Shown here in pieces: positions 61,310-64,000 of a DNA stretch of 64,000 nt. The DNA is taken from contig CAZARR010000005.1 in the NCBI GenBank assembly GCA_964487665.1, positions 100-64,099 of the forward strand, given 5' to 3'. The position numbers were made by a program, and so were the translations under genes. Below the pieces are notes generated by a model. The model did not search any database and had not been told where the DNA came from. It was given only the letters and a program-made list of their open reading frames with translations. The stretch comes from an uncultured Pseudomonadales bacterium. GTDB taxonomy: Bacteria > Patescibacteriota > Microgenomatia > UBA1400 > MFAQ01. Each line of letters opens with the position of its first letter. Within the stretch, counting starts at the first letter, position 1.

Positions 61310-62341
61310 ATGGTAATTAAGGTGAAATATATTGCCTACTGCCGGAAGAGTACTGATGAGAAAGACAAACAGGTTTTGAGTATTGAGTCGCAGATCGCGG
61401 AGTTAGAGGAGTTTGCCGGAAAGGAGAAACTGGAAGTTGTTTCCTGGATTGTAGAGAGCAAGACGGCCAGGGTTCCGGGGAGACCCAAGTTTGAGGAAGC
61501 TTTGAGATTGGTTGAATCCGGGAAAGCCGATGGACTTTTCGCCTGGCATCCAGACCGTCTTGCCAGAAATTCGGTAGATGGCGGTAGAATCATTTACTTA
61601 CTGGATACCGGCAAACTCCTTAATCTTAAATTCCCGACGTTCTGGTTTGAGAACACGCCCCAAGGCAAGTTTATGCTGAATATTGCCTTCGGCCAATCTA
61701 AGTATTACGTAGATAACCTAAGTGAGAATGTCAGCCGTGGATTAAGACAGAAGATTAGAAATGGAATCTGGCCAAGCAAAGCCCCTCACGGCTACTTTAA
61801 CTGTCCTCAAACCAGGACGATCAAGGTGGACAAGAAAAAATCAATAGTGGTCAAACAAGCTTTTGAATTGTTCGCGACAGGGAAATACAGTTACCACGAA
61901 ATTGGTAAGTTTCTCGCCTCTCACGGAATTCACGGCAGATCTCGGGAAGTATTACATCAGTCTGTGGTTAAAACCATGCTCACCAATCCCTTTTACATCG
62001 GTATCCTCGTCTATTCTGGCGAGAAATACAAAGGCAGTCACCAACAATTCATTGGGAGAGACTTGTTTGACCAAGTTCAAGAGCAGGTCAAGTATAAAAG
62101 TAAACCCCGGAAACATGGTCACAACTTTGCCTTTACTGGTTTAATTAAATGCCGTGAATGCGGAGGGGCAATTACGGCCGAGGAACACATCAAGCACTAT
62201 CCTACGACCCGTGGTGAGGTCAGATATGTTTACTACCGCTGTTCCAAGAAAATGGGTGTGAGATGTTCTCAGCCATATCTTGCCGAAGATAAATTGGTAA
62301 AGCAAATCTGGCTTAATTTAAGTTATGTGTTGGTAATTTAG
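61310..62341 (+). pseudogene. large serine recombinase, N-terminal fragment (resolvase catalytic domain + recombinase domain + zinc ribbon), interrupted by IS insertion
   Basis: YIAYCRKSTDEKDKQVLSIESQ (catalytic Ser region). LFAWHPDRLARN. Recombinase domain. Zinc ribbon CRECGG ... YYRCSKK ... C. The frame diverges after LVKQI exactly at the IS left end. Confidence 0.8.
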
Positions 62342-63440
62342 CCGTTTGGCGGGTAAAAACGAGTTAAGTACAGGTACCAGGAAATAAGATTCTCTTTGCT
62401 TGTTTGGGTCATGCCACGGTGGATCAATATTTTGTTGTCAAGCTGGGAGTAGGAGCCTTCGGAGCTGTTGTTGTCTTTGGGGAGATTGGGGTAGCGAAAG
62501 TAGGTAAACATGTGAGGGAGCGCTTGATAGAGATGCTGGTAGCTTTGACGCAAGTACGGGTGGGTGTACCACCACTTAGGAGTCTTTCGCTCAGGATCGT
62601 CATTGAACGTTTTTGTTGTAAAGAATTGGTAATGCCGTTTGTAGAGACGGATAAACCAGCGGATGAAGATTTTGGCTTCGTAAGTGGTAGTGATTTTGTT
62701 GATATGGGAGGCAAGGAGTAGTAGGTCTTTTCCCGCCTCTGTTTGGGGGTGTTGGGTTAAGAGAGTTTGGATTCTGGTTTGGATATGGACGAGACAACGC
62801 TGCACGGGGACAGATAAGCTGCTGCAGGCAGAAAACATGGCTTTCTTGCCGTCAAAGATGGCTACCTTGAGTGGGTATCCTGCCTCAACCAAATACTCAA
62901 TATCAGCCTTAATCACGGCGAGGTATTCCCCACCCGCTAGAGACCAATAAATGAGCCCTAACTTGGTATCGCGATAGGTAATGAGACAGCGGTCACCAAA
63001 CCAGTCAGCATCGATTAAAAGGTAACCAGTACAATCGCTCCAACTGGCAGTAGTTTTGAGCTTAACAAAGTAGGTTTGAGAGGTGGGAGGTGAAGCCAAA
63101 TATTGCTGGAATCTAATACTTAACGAGGGGACTGATAGGCCAGAGAGCTCACTTAAGTAGGCTAGGGTTGACGTATGTCGCACCCACTGGCAAAATAAAC
63201 GGAATAGCTTGCGACTGGAGACTCTTTCTTTATTGCCCAAACTGAAACAGGAGTGGCAATTAGAGCAATAAAATCGACACTTCCCCTTACTAGTTTTTCC
63301 CCACTTTATAGCTGGGTTTTGACACTGTGGGCAGTGGTGAAAACGCTTGTTTTTTTCATGGGTAGATATTTTAGACGCATATTAGTGCGATAACAAGGAA
63401 AAAACAACCATTTTCACCAACACTTAAGTTAAATTAAACC
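62310..63440. mobile_element. insertion sequence (1131 bp) with ~27-bp imperfect terminal inverted repeats and 8-bp target-site duplication GCAAATCT
   Basis: TSD copies at 62302-62309 and 63441-63448. Left end GGCTTAATTTAAGTTATGTGTTGGTAA. Right end (reverse complement) GGTTTAATTTAACTTAAGTGTTGGTGAA (23/27). Encodes one transposase ORF. Inserted within the serine recombinase gene. Confidence 0.75.
62338..63240 (-). CDS. IS transposase (DDE-type candidate; QRCLVH motif reminiscent of IS256/Mutator-family, family uncertain)
   Basis: 300-aa ORF filling the IS. Candidate acidic residues in LLIDADWFGD and VAIFDGKKA. VQRCLVHIQTR motif. Confidence 0.55.
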   Translation of the reverse strand: MGNKERVSSRKLFRLFCQWVRHTSTLAYLSELSGLSVPSLSIRFQQYLASPPTSQTYFVKLKTTASWSDCTGYLLIDADWFGDRCLITYRDTKLGLIYWSLAGGEYLAVIKADIEYLVEAGYPLKVAIFDGKKAMFSACSSLSVPVQRCLVHIQTRIQTLLTQHPQTEAGKDLLLLASHINKITTTYEAKIFIRWFIRLYKRHYQFFTTKTFNDDPERKTPKWWYTHPYLRQSYQHLYQALPHMFTYFRYPNLPKDNNSSEGSYSQLDNKILIHRGMTQTSKENLISWYLYLTRFYPPNG

Positions 63441-63872
63441 GCAAATCTCCGCTTGTATATCAGATATTGCCCTTCCGCACTCCTGGGCGAAGAGATGGTT
63501 TACCTGGGCTGAAGAAGAGGTAGAAAAAGACCGGCAAAGTTGTGACAAGATAACAATTCAGGTCAGGGGTGAATTAAAACAGATCGAGGAGAAAACCGAC
63601 AGACTGCTTGACCTGTATCTTGAACAGAATTTAGCTGAAGAAATCTACAAGAAGAAGCAAAACCAACTATTTGAGGAGAAGACAAAACTCATGGCTCAAA
63701 TTGAAAAGAGTAAAGGAGGAGGTTCGATCTGGCTCGAACCAATGAAAGAATTTATAGATTGCGCCCTGCAGGCGCAAAAAATCGCGCGCAAAGAATATAC
63801 AAATGGCAAAATCTGCGATTTTGCCAAAAGAGTTGGCTCGACCTATCTTTTAGACAGGGGAAAAATTAGAGT

Positions 63873-63961
63873 CGAATACAAAAAGCCGTTTGTATCGCTC
63901 CGCGCGGCCGCTCTCGCGCGGGCGACTGCCGCCCCAGCAGGGCGAACCTCTATTATTGTGG
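63873..63961. repeat. IR-B' (89 bp), inverted copy of IR-B, abutting tRNA-Val 3' end
   Basis: Perfect reverse complement of 61139-61227. Its terminal GTGG overlaps the last 3 nt of the tRNA. Confidence 0.9.
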
Positions 63962-64000
63962 ACGATGCTGGAGTCGAACCAGCGACCTCTGCAATGTCAA
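63959..64000 (-). tRNA. tRNA-Val(GAC), 3' portion (truncated by window end)
   Basis: Minus strand reads ...UUGACAU-UGCAG-AGGUC-GCUGG-UUCGACU-CCAGC-AUCGUCC-A. T-arm GCUGG/CCAGC with loop UUCGACU. Anticodon loop UUGACAU gives GAC. Discriminator A. The 5' half lies beyond 64000. Confidence 0.6.

Larger units (their letters stand above)
56495..63961. mobile_element. candidate integrated/invertible accessory element bounded by two pairs of long GC-rich inverted repeats, adjacent to tRNA-Val 3' end
   Basis: IR-A 56495-56601 and IR-A' 61036-61142 are reverse complements (106/107). IR-B 61139-61227 and IR-B' 63873-63961 are reverse complements (89/89). The segment contains a recombinase, an IS element and a cargo operon. 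The right end overlaps the 3' nucleotides of tRNA-Val. Confidence 0.5.
63441..64000 (+). pseudogene. large serine recombinase, C-terminal fragment (coiled-coil/C-terminal domain), continues past window end
   Basis: Frame ...QISACISDIALPHSWAKRWFTWAEEEVEKDRQ ... IWLEPMKEFIDCALQAQKIARKEYTNGKICDFAKRVGSTYLLDRGKIRVEYKKPFVSL. Joining to the N-fragment after removing the IS and one TSD copy restores a continuous frame (...KLVKQISACISD...). No stop before the window end; the ORF reads through IR-B'. Confidence 0.75.

Noticed and set aside
63873-63961. Interpreting IR-B' as simply the coding 3' end of the recombinase with no repeat function
   Set aside because: The same 89 bp occurs, perfectly reverse-complemented, upstream of the recombinase start (61139-61227) where it is non-coding. 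The match is therefore a structural repeat, not a coincidence of coding sequence. The recombinase ORF reading through it without a stop inside the window is noted but unresolved.

Overview
This is a gene-dense, moderately AT-rich bacterial chromosomal window read in the standard code; no in-frame TGA recoding is evident. Several features suggest a small-genome Candidate Phyla Radiation/Patescibacteria-type organism: a 422-aa ThrRS lacking the N-terminal editing domains, a type IV pilus locus with no secretin, a short YebC and a short HolB. Housekeeping content in order: ung, ychF, rpsF-ssb-rpsR, CtpA and HtrA proteases, prfA, rpmE, hisS, dnaB, ybaK, tRNA-Leu(CAA), efp, an lgt-dksA-like-lspA cluster, rluA-like, a KefB-like antiporter, yebC-like, a Xer-type tyrosine recombinase, gyrB-ppa-gyrA, holB. 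A ~12 kb co-directional type IV pilus locus follows (pilB-pilT-pilC-pilin-pilD, eight pilin-like genes, PilX-like, pilM-pilN-pilO). After it come KH-rpsP, rnc, nusB, rpmF (50 aa, not in the ORF track), recG, PBP1A, tlyA-like, and the classical thrS-infC-rpmI-rplT-pheS-pheT operon. The most unusual region is a ~7.5 kb accessory segment (56495-63961) wedged between the thrS leader and the 3' end of a partial tRNA-Val(GAC). It has two adjacent modules, each bracketed by long, GC-rich, hairpin-forming, near-perfect inverted repeats (107 bp, 106/107 identical; 89 bp, identical). All four repeat termini carry the tetranucleotide GTGG/CCAC. Module 1 is a five-gene minus-strand cassette: P-loop kinase-like protein, two class I SAM methyltransferases, an HFCD-flavoprotein/class-II-aldolase-like fusion, and a SPOUT methyltransferase. 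Module 2 is a large serine recombinase gene split by a 1131-bp IS element with 8-bp target-site duplication GCAAATCT; removing the IS restores a continuous reading frame.
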